Source: Octopus vulgaris | Lineage: Eukaryota | Assembly: GCA_951406725.2 (NCBI GenBank) | Contig: OX597822.1 | Coordinates: 106,082,001 to 106,146,000 of the forward strand | Direction: 5' to 3' | Length of the DNA stretch: 64,000 bases | In this document: one piece after another, positions 1 to 11,689 of the stretch | How the letters are laid out: every line of letters starts with the position of its first letter | Position numbering within the stretch: the stretch's first letter is position 1 | Notes under the pieces: generated by a model | The model's database searches: none | What the model was told of the DNA's origin: nothing | Seen by the model: the letters and a program-made list of their open reading frames with translations, nothing else | Program-made: the position numbers and the translations under genes

Positions 1-1232
1 CCTCACTCCCTACGTCTCTCTCTCTTTCTCTCCCTCTCCCCTTTAGATCCACAAAATATGTTTGGGTTAAACTATTATAGACACGTGACAATCATCGTTT
101 TACCAGCGGTTTTAGTTTTAATCTATTCTTTTCTATACTTATAGAATATACGCAGAGTTTGAGAACTGCTTGTCAATAATACTTGAACTTAGAAGCTGCG
201 AAGGAAATAGACACAAATTTTCTTATTGTTCAAAGAGCTGTTAAAGAACTGCTTCTCTGCAAACGCATTGTTGATTCCTCTTGAGACACATATTCCTGAC
301 TTTCGCTGTGTGGACATTAAGAAAACCAATAAAAATATATATATATATATATATATTCATAAAATGTGTGAAGCTTTAGAATAATTTACAAGATCGTGTG
401 CGATGGAGTCTGCAAATCTATTCGAGCTAGTTCTCACAAAGCATTCATACAAACTTATATACTTGGCATTGTATACAATGAATATTTTACAAGCAAGTGT
501 TTTCGAGTGTTTGTACGCAATACTGATACTTATATTTCTGTTTTGAGGAGCAGATATAAAAATAGAGAATTATATCTGTCAAGATAATACGAATATAGCT
601 TTGCATGTAAACGCTCAATGAAAATCCAAATTTTTGCAATTTTATTCGTTTTCGGCATCACTGGATTCTATCTTTCCATCATTAAAGACACACCACTTAA
701 AAATTATTCATTTTCACACTTACATTGCCATCTCAAAAGCAAGAATTGAATATCAGTATGCATTGTGTGCGAAGAAGGAGGCACCGGAATGTTTCGATGA
801 GGACATCAGTAATAAAGGATCCTTTACATGATCACGGGATATGCTAGAAATAACGACCATATCTCTTTCAGTGTTTATGACCATAGTTCTTCTGTATAAG
901 GGCTGGCATGTGATTAAACAACATCTGTGATAACAACGATAGCAACATGGTTATTTATGTTCGACGCATTTAAATAATTTAATATCAATATAATTCGGGT
1001 AGTGTAAAAGGCAACAGAAAGAGCAACAGAGGACGTAGAACAGACTTAAAACAGGTTTAATGCTATACTCGATTTCATGATGGAATCGCCATGAAGTGTC
1101 AAAGCCAAAGAAATATGCAAAAGATGAGGCAAATCTGAGGAGGCATGGTTATTGATAGTTGTAAACTATATATGTGTGTGTGTGTGTGTTTGTGTGTATG
1201 TGTGTGTGTTTGTGTGTATGTGTGTGTTGTTT

Positions 1233-1519
1233 GTTTTCTCTCACCGTTTTTTTTCTTTTCTCTTATTTTTTCCTCTCAATCCGTTCTGTTGTTGGAGGGA
1301 TGATAGTTCTTCATACTCATAATCTTTTTCTCCAGAGTTTGGTGGTTTTATCAAAGAGTGCACCTTCACAGCATTTTGAGATTTCAATTTGCATTTCGTT
1401 GTCAAGTGCCTTGAATTTTTCTTCGCTGGAATTGGCTCTTAGCTGTAACAATTCTATTTCTGTTTTGAATTTTTCGAAAGCCAATTTCTCCTTGAGTTTT
1501 TGTTGGTTTTCTGCTTCAC
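1233..1519 (-). mobile_element. Inverted segment fused to the 5' end of the Penelope fragment; encodes a charged coiled-coil peptide
   Basis: The minus ORF 1317-1529 (EAENQQKLKEKLAFEKFKTEIELLQLRANSSEEKFKALDNEMQIEISK...) abuts the plus-strand Penelope RT tail at about 1520. Assignment to the same element is inference. Confidence 0.4.
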
Positions 1520-2345
1520 TCACCTCCAATTACCCAAAGCACACAAAGACAAACATCCCCTTCATCCTAGCAAGAAGAATCTGTACAATTGTCTCAAATT
1601 ATAGAACGTGAAATAAAAGACTGCAAGAACTAAAGGATGGCAATTCTCATCGAAAGACATTACTCAGCATCATTAATTGACAATGGAATAGAACGGGTTA
1701 AGACAATCGCTACCCAAGACTTACGAAAAGTGAAGCACACTCACGGTACATTAAATAGTCTCCCATATCACTCAATACACAATCCAAGAAATGCAGAAGC
1801 TTACACAATTATATACAAGAACATCCCACTACTGAGTCAAAAGCCACGTCTAAAAAGGTACTCGAAACCCATAAAATAATAAAAAGCAAAAGACAACCTA
1901 AATCACTAAAAAGCCTACTCACCAATTCAAAATTATCCAAGACAAGCCCACCACCCACCGTCAAAAAATGTGGTAGTTCCAATTTCAGGAAGGAACAATA
2001 TACAAATTCCAGTCAGGACACACTTTTGTCGTAAAAAATAACTTCACCTGCGCATCAAAGAATTTACTTTATGCCATAAAGTGTGAAGGGTGCCACAAAG
2101 ATTACATAGGACAAGCAAGTCTTACTCTCCGAGAAAGGATACCAGTTCACCGCCAACAATTCAGGGACCCCACTACAAGACAGATACCACTTAGTGGTCA
2201 CTTAGATCTCTGTGCACAAAACAAGTACCCCAGGTTCCTAGTTTTCTCAGTATAGCAATGCCCAGACAACATCACTGAACAAACACGAATAAATAGGAAA
2301 AATAATCTTATTCAAAAATACAGACCATAACTCAACATACTCTAA
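1520..2345 (+). mobile_element. Penelope-like retroelement, 5'-truncated pseudogenised ORF (RT C-terminus, linker, GIY-YIG endonuclease)
   Basis: TSNYPKHTKTNIPFILARRICTIVS (PLE RT thumb region), then from 2031 VKNNFTCASKNLLYAIKCEGCHKDYIGQASLTLRERIPVHRQQ (GIY-YIG with CxxC), ending QKYRP*LNIL*. Contains stops and frameshifts. Confidence 0.9.
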
Positions 2346-3540
2346 CATAGCCCCCAGGTACACAACCACAACCAACACACACAACTATACATACAGATGT
2401 ACAAATCACACAAACACAAATACCATGCAAACCTCCCACCCAAACACACACATACATATACACACACGCACAAGCACAATATCCCCACACTTGAGCACAA
2501 ACGCACACACATTCCAAGAAAAACACATGCATATATACACTTGCAGTACATTCTCGCAACCATAATCCACAATCTCACACACATACACACATACGTAAAC
2601 ACGTACATGCACACACCTACACACACTATCCTGACAATTACAAATCACACTCACACAAACACACCCACACATACACATACAAACACGCAAATACTATACA
2701 ACCCCCACACGCAAACACAATATGCCTGTTTCCCAGTAAAAATCACACACACACTCAAAAGAAAAAAACACACACAATACAATCCCAACAAGCACTCACA
2801 CAAACACACAGACATACACACACGCATACACACAAGTATGCACACACACCTCTCCGACAAATAGAAAACACATAGACACGCTCACACAAACACACCCACA
2901 CGTATACACACACACTGCACTAACAATACAAGCAAAACAAACCACTTACAAATACAGCACACACACTCGGAAACTACATAAACCATATCCACATATATAC
3001 ATACAAACACACATAAACGCATACTCAGTACCACCAACATGCACAGAATGTACACGCACACACGCACACATACATATGCGCCCTCACACAGACATACGGT
3101 TGTTCACACACACACATCACCAGGACAATTATAACAACACAAATATGCTCAGACAAGAACACACTCACGTACACACGTAACATCCCCACCAACGCAAAAC
3201 ACACAAACATACACACACAGACACAGACGCACACGTACACGCACATACACGTGAACAAATACATACACACACATGCGCACACACAAAACCCTGACAAATA
3301 CTAATCACACACACACACACACACAAACGTGCACACATATACATATACACACACCATCCTACCAAATATAAAACACACACAGACCCATATACACACATCA
3401 CAATAAACAATGGGACCAATCAAAAACAGCCCACACACACAAACACAAGCACATATATATAGACACACACACACACACAGAGTCGTGCACGGGGACACAC
3501 ACACACTCACATAGAGTCCTGCACAGGGACACACACACAC
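2346..3540. repeat. Degenerate (CA)-rich low-complexity tract
   Basis: About 1.2 kb of decayed ACAC repeats, giving spurious His/Thr and Val/Cys ORFs. Confidence 0.9.
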
Positions 3541-4042
3541 TTACACCATTGTGACTTCCAAGACCAGTCCCAAAACCACTGAACCATGACAGAGTAGCCC
3601 AGAAACAAAATGATCCTTTTGATTCCACATTGCCGTTCCTTCCTCCCTCAACCAACCTCCCACACTATCCCTTAAAATAGCAAACGTTCCTTAGCTTCAT
3701 ACAAGACAGAAAATGTCAGGTAGAGAGGTCAGTTACTAATCTCCAATTTTTTGTAAATTCTTAAATATATCTCCTGTAGATATATATATATATATATATA
3801 TATACTACCAAAAACAAACATGATTTTTATTGAACTCAAAATACTTATTCTAGTCCCGTTCTCAAATACTTTCTTGAATACTTCCTTGTAAAGTATTTTT
3901 AACATTTTCTTATCATTATCAAAGGATGTATGACTGTATTTTAACAATTTTGTGATAACCAGTACTTAACACAACAAAGCTTATACAAAGCTTTACATTT
4001 TCAAATCTTATTTCATATGTATGCATATATATATATTTATAT

Positions 4043-4088
<46 letters not shown>

Positions 4089-4095
4089 GTATATA

Positions 4096-4141
<46 letters not shown>

Positions 4142-4142
4142 A

Positions 4143-4623
4143 AATATATGCATAAAATATTAGATATGTACATATATACACAAGGGTACTACATGAGTAC
4201 TTATAATGCTAAAGGTAGAAGTCAAAAAATACTTCTGTACCACCGAATAGTCACAAATCTATTACACACATGATAGGAAACAATATCAGTTATCTAGCAG
4301 ACTTTGGCTGATGAGAAATCAGGCACCTATTTGGCGCTAAATTTCGAAACCGGTACCAAGTTAGACAGCATTTGCTTCTGCTGATCCAGCATAGGTAAGA
4401 CGTTAGTACTGTTCATTGATAATTTTCCTCTCATGTCTGTAATAGATTTGTGATTATTCGGTAGCACAGGAGTATTATTTTTACCTCTATCTTTAGCGAT
4501 ATAAGTACTCATGTAGTGCCCTTGTTTAAATATGTATATATCTTATATTATATGTATATAATAATTTGCCTGTACGGCTGATAATTCACTTGCCCCTCGT
4601 GATGGTATTTTAATAAAATCATC

Positions 4624-4627
<4 letters not shown>
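4143..4627 (+). mobile_element. Asymmetric fold-back insert in (TA)n with a hammerhead in the loop (Penelope pLTR-like)
   Basis: Arm 4143-4280 (caagggtactacatgagtacttata...cacaaatctattac) is the imperfect reverse complement of 4423-4560. An unpaired tail runs to 4627 with AATAAA at 4612. (TA)n on both sides. Confidence 0.75.
4301..4361 (+). ncRNA. Type I hammerhead ribozyme motif with a short palindromic stem III
   Basis: tttgg-CTGATGA(4308-4314)-GAAAT...ATTTC-GAAA(4346-4349)-CCGG-TA|ccaag. Stem I tttgg/ccaag, stem II GAAAT/ATTTC, stem III ACCGGT. Predicted cleavage after A4355. Confidence 0.8.
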
Positions 4628-4715
<88 letters not shown>

Positions 4716-4860
4716 GCTCATAATTATAGAATTTTTGTATAGGTTTACCGATAATGGTTCTTTTAACATACCGAACTACTTGGTAAAATTATTAATTGAT
4801 TAATTAATTTTACCCTTTATTATATATATGTATATGAGTATATATATATATATATATATC

Positions 4861-5061
4861 CACCTAGCATTGCTTGACAACCGATGCTGGTGTGTTTATG
4901 TCCCCGTTACTTAGCGGTTCGGCAAAAGAGACCGATAGAATAAGTACTGGGCTTACAAAAGAATAAGTCCCGGGGTCGAGTTGCTCGATTAAAGGCGGTG
5001 CTCCAACATAGGCCGCAGTCAAATGACTGAAACAAGTAAAAGAGTAAAAGAGTAAAGAGAG
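4861..5061 (+). mobile_element. SINE family A, 3' half
   Basis: gcattgcttgacaaccgatgctggtgtg...ggcggtgctcc...gcagtcaaatgactgaaacaag(taaaagag)n; matches the full copy at 25951-26386. Confidence 0.9.
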
Positions 5062-5095
<34 letters not shown>

Positions 5096-5354
5096 CGTAT
5101 GCATGTGTGTGAGTATGTATGTATGTATGTATGTATGTATCTATGTATGTATGTATGTATGTATGTATGTATGTATGTATGTATAGGCAAGTCGCTGGAC
5201 GAAATTTGAAGTCCAATCAACTTGAACTTGACAAAGGATAGGATTCTACCCTCAGAATATACTTACACTATCAGTAAGTCTGCCCCTGATATTTTCAAAC
5301 ATGCTTTAATATAACATTAGTTGAACGGATACGTGGTGGATAACCGTGGATGAT

Positions 5355-5466
5355 TGGGTGGATGGATGAATAGATAGATGGATGAAATGATGGCTGTTGC
5401 CTGGATGGATTGATAGATAGATGGATGGATGGATGGATGGATGGATGGATGGTTGGCTGGATGGAT
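5355..5466. repeat. (GGAT)n/(GATA)n microsatellite
   Basis: Direct inspection. Confidence 0.9.
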
Positions 5467-7399
5467 GTAGCCATGGTTCTTCGTTGGTTTTGTTGAGGAA
5501 GATTTATCTCTGTTCCATCAACTGAATTTTCTGCTCACTAGTTAACCTATGTTTCTAACCATGTAACAAACACTGTTCCTTTAATGTCTGAGGCAGAATC
5601 AATCTGACAAGAAATATTTGATAAGCACTACATTTCGAATTACAGATAAAATCATCAGCCACTCATGACTGTGCGTTTATTTTCTGTCTATGCAATTATA
5701 CTTCAATATATGAACCGTCTCGATACTAGAGAATAAATTCCCTGTCGGAATGCCACTCAGTAGAACCAAACCTGTTACGCCAAAAATGATTACAAAACAC
5801 ACTTCTTATCCCTTCGTCTAAAATTGCATGCACACACACACACACATGCATACATGCACACTCTCACACACGCACATGCACACATACACACTCTCACACA
5901 CACACGCACATGCACACAGGTTCATAAATACATATGCACACACATATACATACATATGCACGCATACATACGCAAACACACGTGGCGTATTAATTTAATA
6001 TCGTGGAATAATGAATGTGAGAGGAGTTAAGTAATTTTGTCAGATGTCATTAGTAACGGAGTTGTTAATATTCCATGTCCATTACTGCTAGTCCGAAGCA
6101 TTGACATAATTTGGTTTGGATTTTGCTGCATTCACGTCTCCTCCGTCAGTTTGTCTAAAGCAATATTGTCTCTCTTCATAGACGTGTATTTTTACAGAAA
6201 TTACGCAAATAAGTTATTGAAAGAAACAATTGAATGAAATTATTGCAGAGTCCAATAAAATAAATAATAAAACGATTATCGATAAACCAAACAATTTCGC
6301 TATCCATTTACATGAAACGGGCGGTTATAGGAATGATAGAAAGTACTGATAAGAGAGCGCTTTCGTCGGAAATTAAAACGCCCACTGCTGAAGGCGTTAG
6401 AAAATCGAAACGAAACGTAGTTGCCAGTAGCACAGTAACTCTCTTTCTCTCTATTTTCTCTCAAATCATCCTCAACCTCATCCTCAGTTGCTCTCCTTTT
6501 CTCTCTAATATCTCCTACAAACCCCATTTCTGACTTTTCACTATCTCTCCCACACTTCTTTCATTCTTTTGAAAAAATATTTTGCTTTTCATCCGCGCTC
6601 ATTGTTCTGCCGATGTTAATTTGGATTCTTCATTCGCTGGAGATATTTCTGGAATATATTTCGAGAGCAATCTGACGTTATTACAGATAAGATGGAACTT
6701 TCGCTATTTCCATTGTTCTCTTTCTTTTATAAGTATCAACGAACGATCAAACACCGTGCTAATTCTATAGCAATGAATTTGTGTCTTTTCGTTCGCTAAG
6801 TTAAAAATCTTTGTGGCGCATTGCTGTGAATGGAATTATTCGCCAGGGATTCCATTCGTCCCGTTAACTGGTTGTGTTAAATATCGATAGTTGATAAAAA
6901 TCGACTAGAATTCTTATAATTAAACAGCTACATCGTGTATATGAATAATGCATTTATTTTCTGCGAAGATTATTGTACGTAAGTAAATAGGCTCTGCTGT
7001 TACATGCATATATTCGCAATTAACAACTGTGTAAACAATATGATAAATAAACATAGCTAAATTTAAATACTTTGTGCGAAGAATGACTGAATATTGTTAA
7101 GAAAATATTTCAGATCATCTATTGATTATTTGCAAAATAATTTAAAAGCAGCAGAAAATTAATTAAATCAACACGTTGTATGTGTATGTAAGTAAATACT
7201 TGTGGCGCGATATACGTGATATCAACACAATATCACTACACACACACATACACACACACACACACGTACACACACATACATGCATACGTGTGTATGTGTG
7301 TGTGTGTAAACCGGCAAAGTTACAAAATGACTTAAAGGCAAAAAGTTCTGTACATGACATTTCTTAATCTGACTCCAGATTTGAGTGTCTGCTTTGAAG

Positions 7400-7538
<139 letters not shown>

Positions 7539-7614
7539 AGATTTCGTTTGTGGATTTGGTTTGCAAGATTCTTTATGTGAGTTCGTGTGTTGAAGCATAT
7601 TCCTGTTGCGTCTA

Positions 7615-7817
7615 GGGAGAGTCATTCTCTTTTGGTGCCTTATAATTTAACACTCTTACCGATAAACTTTCCACTCATTCGCTTATTTATTCTTGTAAAA
7701 TAGTTAAACTATTGAAAATGTTGCAAGACGCAACGAAAATTTTAGAAAAATAAAAGAGAAATAAGTGGAAATTTTACCGGTGAGTATGTTAGGCATCAAA
7801 AGAGAATGACTCTCCCC
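7615..7817. mobile_element. MITE-like element with terminal inverted repeats
   Basis: gggagagtcattctcttttggtgcct ... aggcatcaaaagagaatgactctcccc, with inner imperfect arms. A related fragment lies at about 38963-39001. Confidence 0.75.
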
Positions 7818-7828
7818 AACAGAATATA

Positions 7829-7860
<32 letters not shown>

Positions 7861-7866
<6 letters not shown>

Positions 7867-8090
7867 AAGGGCAGAGCCACTATGTGGTCGGCCGTATGCT
7901 AGAAGTAGATCACCCACGATGATTGTAGGTGATCTACTTCTAGCATACGGCCGACCACATAGCGGCTCTGCTCTTCAAATATACACATGTATTAGAATTT
8001 TCTCTGATTTGTCAGATGTTTGTATGCTAGGCTGCTGGTTTTAAATTGATATTAATTAAATTAATATTCAATTTATCTCTCTCGTTATTT
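7861..8090. mobile_element. Asymmetric fold-back insert in (TA)n: near-perfect 122-bp palindrome plus tail
   Basis: 7861-7920 is the reverse complement of 7922-7982 with a few mismatches and almost no loop. An unpaired AT-rich tail runs to about 8090. Confidence 0.8.
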
Positions 8091-8093
8091 ATT

Positions 8094-8140
<47 letters not shown>

Positions 8141-8202
8141 ACTCCTTGATATATATTTATATATATACTTCTGTCTATCCTCTTTATTCTACCGAACCGA
8201 TG

Positions 8203-8281
<79 letters not shown>

Positions 8282-8310
8282 GGACGGAGGTACGGATTGA
8301 TGGATAGATG
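8203..8310. repeat. (GATA)n-(GACA)n microsatellite
   Basis: Direct inspection. Confidence 0.9.
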
Positions 8311-8630
8311 GATGGAGATACATACATATATACATGTAAACATACATACATGGATCACTAGGTTTTGCTACTAAATGCTTAAAGGTGATTCTGGATAAAC
8401 TAGGACTTTCAGAAAGAGAAATTCACCGGCTGGCCCCTACATTACAAGTCCAATCTGTGATTGGAACAGTAAAAATATGCAAAACATTTCTCAAATTCAA
8501 AATGTGAATTTGCCTGTGTTAACTTCATCCCAAAGATTTAGCCTTGTATGTTTGTTGGAAACCGACTCCCTCCTCAGTGGAAGATTTATAATAATTTTAA
8601 AAAAAACAGAAGAGACATACATACATACAT

Positions 8631-8923
8631 TTGTGGAAATCAGTTGACCAGTGGTTGTTACCATAAAGCTGAAGATCAGCGAAAAAGAGAATACCTACGC
8701 TGAACTATTGAGAAATCTGCAGTTGCTTTATCCAAATTACAAGTTCAGGTTTATACCTGTAATTATTGGGATCCTGGTATAAGTAACATACTGTCTCAAT
8801 ATCAATCTTGAGAAATTAGGCCTCTCAAAACCACAACGGAGAAAACTAATTCGAAGACTACAGATCCAATCCATCACTGGAACTATAAAAATCTATAAAA
8901 CTTTCCAGAAGTTTATCATTTGA
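8631..8923 (+). mobile_element. R4/Dong-clade non-LTR retrotransposon, C-terminal restriction-like endonuclease remnant
   Basis: VEIS*P...KISEKENTYAELLRNLQLLYPNYKFRFIPVIIG...LIRRLQIQSITGTIKIYKTFQKFII*; the EKxxxY...IPVIIG pattern is typical of RLE ends. Starts directly after (CATA)n. Confidence 0.75.
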
Positions 8924-9054
8924 ATATATATGAGCATAAATCTACATATAGATATAAGCAATGTATGTATGTATGTATTTATGTATGTATGTATGTATGT
9001 ATGTATGTATGTATGTATGTATCTATGTATCTATGTATAAATGTATGTATGTAC

Positions 9055-9128
9055 GTCATTATTCAGTTTTATTTCAAGATTTTTGACAATAGACAAAGAG
9101 CCGGTTTCTAACCTAGATCCAGGGCTCC
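9055..9128 (-). repeat. Inverted copy of the repeat end at 9852-9960 (probable R4/Dong 3' terminus)
   Basis: gtcattattcagttttatttcaagattt...tttctaacctagatcca is the reverse complement of 9893-9960. Both copies abut (CATA)n/(TATG)n. Confidence 0.7.
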
Positions 9129-9134
9129 ATGCTT

Positions 9135-9348
9135 GGCGGTGAGCTGGCAGAAACGTTAGCACGCCGGGCGAAATGCTTTGCGGTATTTCGTCTGTCTTTA
9201 CGTTCTGAGTTCAAATTCCGCCAAGGTCAACTTTGGCTTTCATCCTTTCGGGATCCATAAACTAAGTACCAGTTGCGTACTGTTTGGATCTAATCGACTG
9301 GCCCCGCTCCCTCAAAATTTCGGAACTTGTGCTTAAAGTAGAAAAGAA
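9135..9348 (+). mobile_element. SINE family B (tRNA-like head, conserved ctttcatcctttcggggtcgataaa core)
   Basis: ggcggtgagctggcagaaacgttagcacgccgggcgaaatgc...gagttcaaattccgcc (B-box-like GTTCAAATTC); many copies in the window. Confidence 0.9.
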
Positions 9349-9427
9349 TATATAAGAGCATGTCTAGATATGCAAGAATATGCATGAGAAGACATACATA
9401 AAACAAAGCATACAAACCTACACAAAT

Positions 9428-9753
9428 TTGCCATCAAGATGTAGGACAAGATACTGTGATAGCCTGGGCTTCCAAGGCCCACAGCGCTTCAATATCCTCC
9501 CGAAGAACCTAAGAGACCTGCATGGGGTGGATGCAGATGTCTTTAAAATGAAACTGGATCTCTTCTTGTCAGGTATCCCAGATGAACCAACTTCACGGCA
9601 GGAGGTACAGATGAGGGCAGCTGCATCGAACTCTCTCGTGCACCAAATGGCAGTTGCTAAAAAGCATTCGTGAAGTAAAACCATGCAGCAACACCAAATG
9701 GCGGTGCCCCAGCATGGCCACAGCTCGTGAGCTGAAACTAGAATCAATCAATC
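9428..9753 (+). mobile_element. CR1-type LINE 3' end (ORF2 C-terminus, 3' UTR stem-loop, (AATC)n tail)
   Basis: SLGFQGPQRFNILPKNLRDL...FKMKLDLFLSGIPDEP...SNSL aligns with the C-terminus of the LINE at 27076-27858. Confidence 0.85.
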
Positions 9754-9851
9754 ATATACATGCATGCATACATACATACATACATACATACATACATACA
9801 TACATACATACATACATACATACATACATACATACATACATACATACATAC

Positions 9852-9960
9852 AAAAATATCCTGCCGATGTTGAAATTCCAATCAAGGAGCTTTGGATCTA
9901 GGTTAGAAATCGGTTCTTTCTCTATTAGCAAGAAATCTTGAAATAAAACTGAATAATGAC
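9852..9960 (+). repeat. Probable R4/Dong 3' terminus embedded in (CATA)n
   Basis: Flanked by (CATA)n on both sides and duplicated inverted at 9055-9128. Family assignment is inference. Confidence 0.55.
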
Positions 9961-10134
9961 ATACATACATGCATAGTATATATCTATATGTAGATTTATA
10001 CATGTGTGTGAAAATGTTTAATATAAATGGTAGCTTCGCGATTTTATTTCGTATCATCTCAAGACAGTTGGAAGACTCTGTTCCTTATTTCATATTAGTT
10101 TGGGTTTTCGCGACTTATTTCCAAAATAATTGTT

Positions 10135-10335
10135 TCGAATTTAAGCACAAGATCAGCAATTTTGTAGCAGACGACTACTTGTCGATTGTATCGATCCCGG
10201 TACTAAATTTTTTGTTATCGTCCCTGAAAAGTTAAGAACACATTCAACATCGATGAGATTTGAACACAGAACGTAACGAACTAAGGCATATACTACAAGG
10301 AATTTTCCTAATGGTTCTGCCAATCCGTCACCATT
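10135..10335 (-). mobile_element. SINE family B, degenerate
   Basis: gagatttgaacacagaacgtaa...ttctgccaatccgtcacc is a decayed reverse complement of the family B head. Confidence 0.65.
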
Positions 10336-10524
10336 CTCAAAATAATAACACGAATCCAGTCCATTAATCATAGAAATCTTTTATATTTTCATTCGCAAAG
10401 ATTTAAGAAATCTTCTTTCCAGTTCTTCGCATTCGATCATTTTACCAAATTTATTTGAGAAATATCCAAACGCATATAAAAACTGCCCCTTTCATTCATT
10501 TCAGAATAATTTGACGAAAACAGT

Positions 10525-10740
10525 GGTGGGGTGGCTGAAACCGGAGAGCTACGATCTAAATGCCTTGTGGTATATAGTCAGTCTCTTTACTTCATGAGTT
10601 CAAATGCCACGGTGGTTAACACTATCTTTCATCCTTCTCGTGTCGATAAAATAATTATCAGTCAAAATCTAGAATCGATTTAATCGCTATGCCCTCCCAC
10701 CAAATTTGCGGCCATGTACTAATGATAGAAATCAATACAA
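10525..10740 (+). mobile_element. SINE family B, degenerate
   Basis: gagttcaaatgcc...ctttcatccttctcgtgtcgataaaata. Confidence 0.65.
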
Positions 10741-11349
10741 CCTTGAGGATTGCTTTTGATTTGTCGATATTTATGGACATTACGGAATATGATTGGACTA
10801 TGATTCACGAAGGCACAATTTATGGTCTCTGGTTCCACATAATCATATTTTCCATCAATATTTTTGTTTGATTTTGGAAATTCTGTTTCTTCAGTGCTTC
10901 CTTTTCCAGACAGCTTTTGAATCAGTAAAGAATTGCCTGTTGTTTTGGAAATATATTTCTTCCATAATTTTCTTTGCTTTTTTTTGTAGTCCTTGTTTTC
11001 TGCTATTCCTCTGCCGCATTTTGGATTCAAGTGATATTTTGTTCACTTAAAACAATATAGCATACTAAAGGTGATTCATTCTGACAATAGCAACATATGC
11101 CTTCTACAAATCTTTAGATTACCTCGCTACGTGATGTTATTTCTATTTTTTCCTTTTTGTATATGTGTGAATTATAAGTTTAGCTTCTCTTTCTTGTTGC
11201 TTTTCAATTTTCTGACGAGATATTTATATCACTTATGAATTCAGCTATAATGTAATATATAACACAATATAATATAATATTATATAATATAATGTAATAT
11301 AATATAACATATTATATCATAATTAATATATATATATATATAAAATATA

Positions 11350-11440
11350 AAATATGAATTAGAGATAAAACCACTATGATGCAACTCAAACAGTGATACA
11401 CATAAACCAATATATAAATAACAAATAATATATATAATTA

Positions 11441-11481
<41 letters not shown>

Positions 11482-11607
11482 AGTTGCATCATAGTGGTTT
11501 TATCTCTAATTCATATTATATATCTTATATATTTATACTGTGAAGTTTGAGTTAATAGTAAATTGAATTTTTCCCTGTAAGTTTGGAGTTATACTCCCTA
11601 ATATTAT

Positions 11608-11608
<1 letters not shown>
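11350..11608. mobile_element. Asymmetric fold-back insert, family D (ttagagataaaaccacta / ttccctgtaagtttgga)
   Basis: atatgaattagagataaaaccactatgatgcaactcaa (11351-11388) is inverted at 11479-11516, followed by the tail ...tttttccctgtaagtttggagttatactccctaa. Homologous blocks lie at 36729, 45461, 15260 and 63877. Confidence 0.8.
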
Positions 11609-11667
<59 letters not shown>

Positions 11668-11689
11668 ACATATAGCAGACAACCCGTCT

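Noticed and set aside
2332-3655. Many overlapping ORFs rich in C/V/Y or H/T
   Set aside because: Translations of (CA)n/(TG)n low-complexity sequence; the same applies to all YIYI ORFs from (TA)n.
10719-11030. 103-aa Lys-rich minus ORF
   Set aside because: No recognisable domain; possibly a retroelement fragment, but I cannot support a call.
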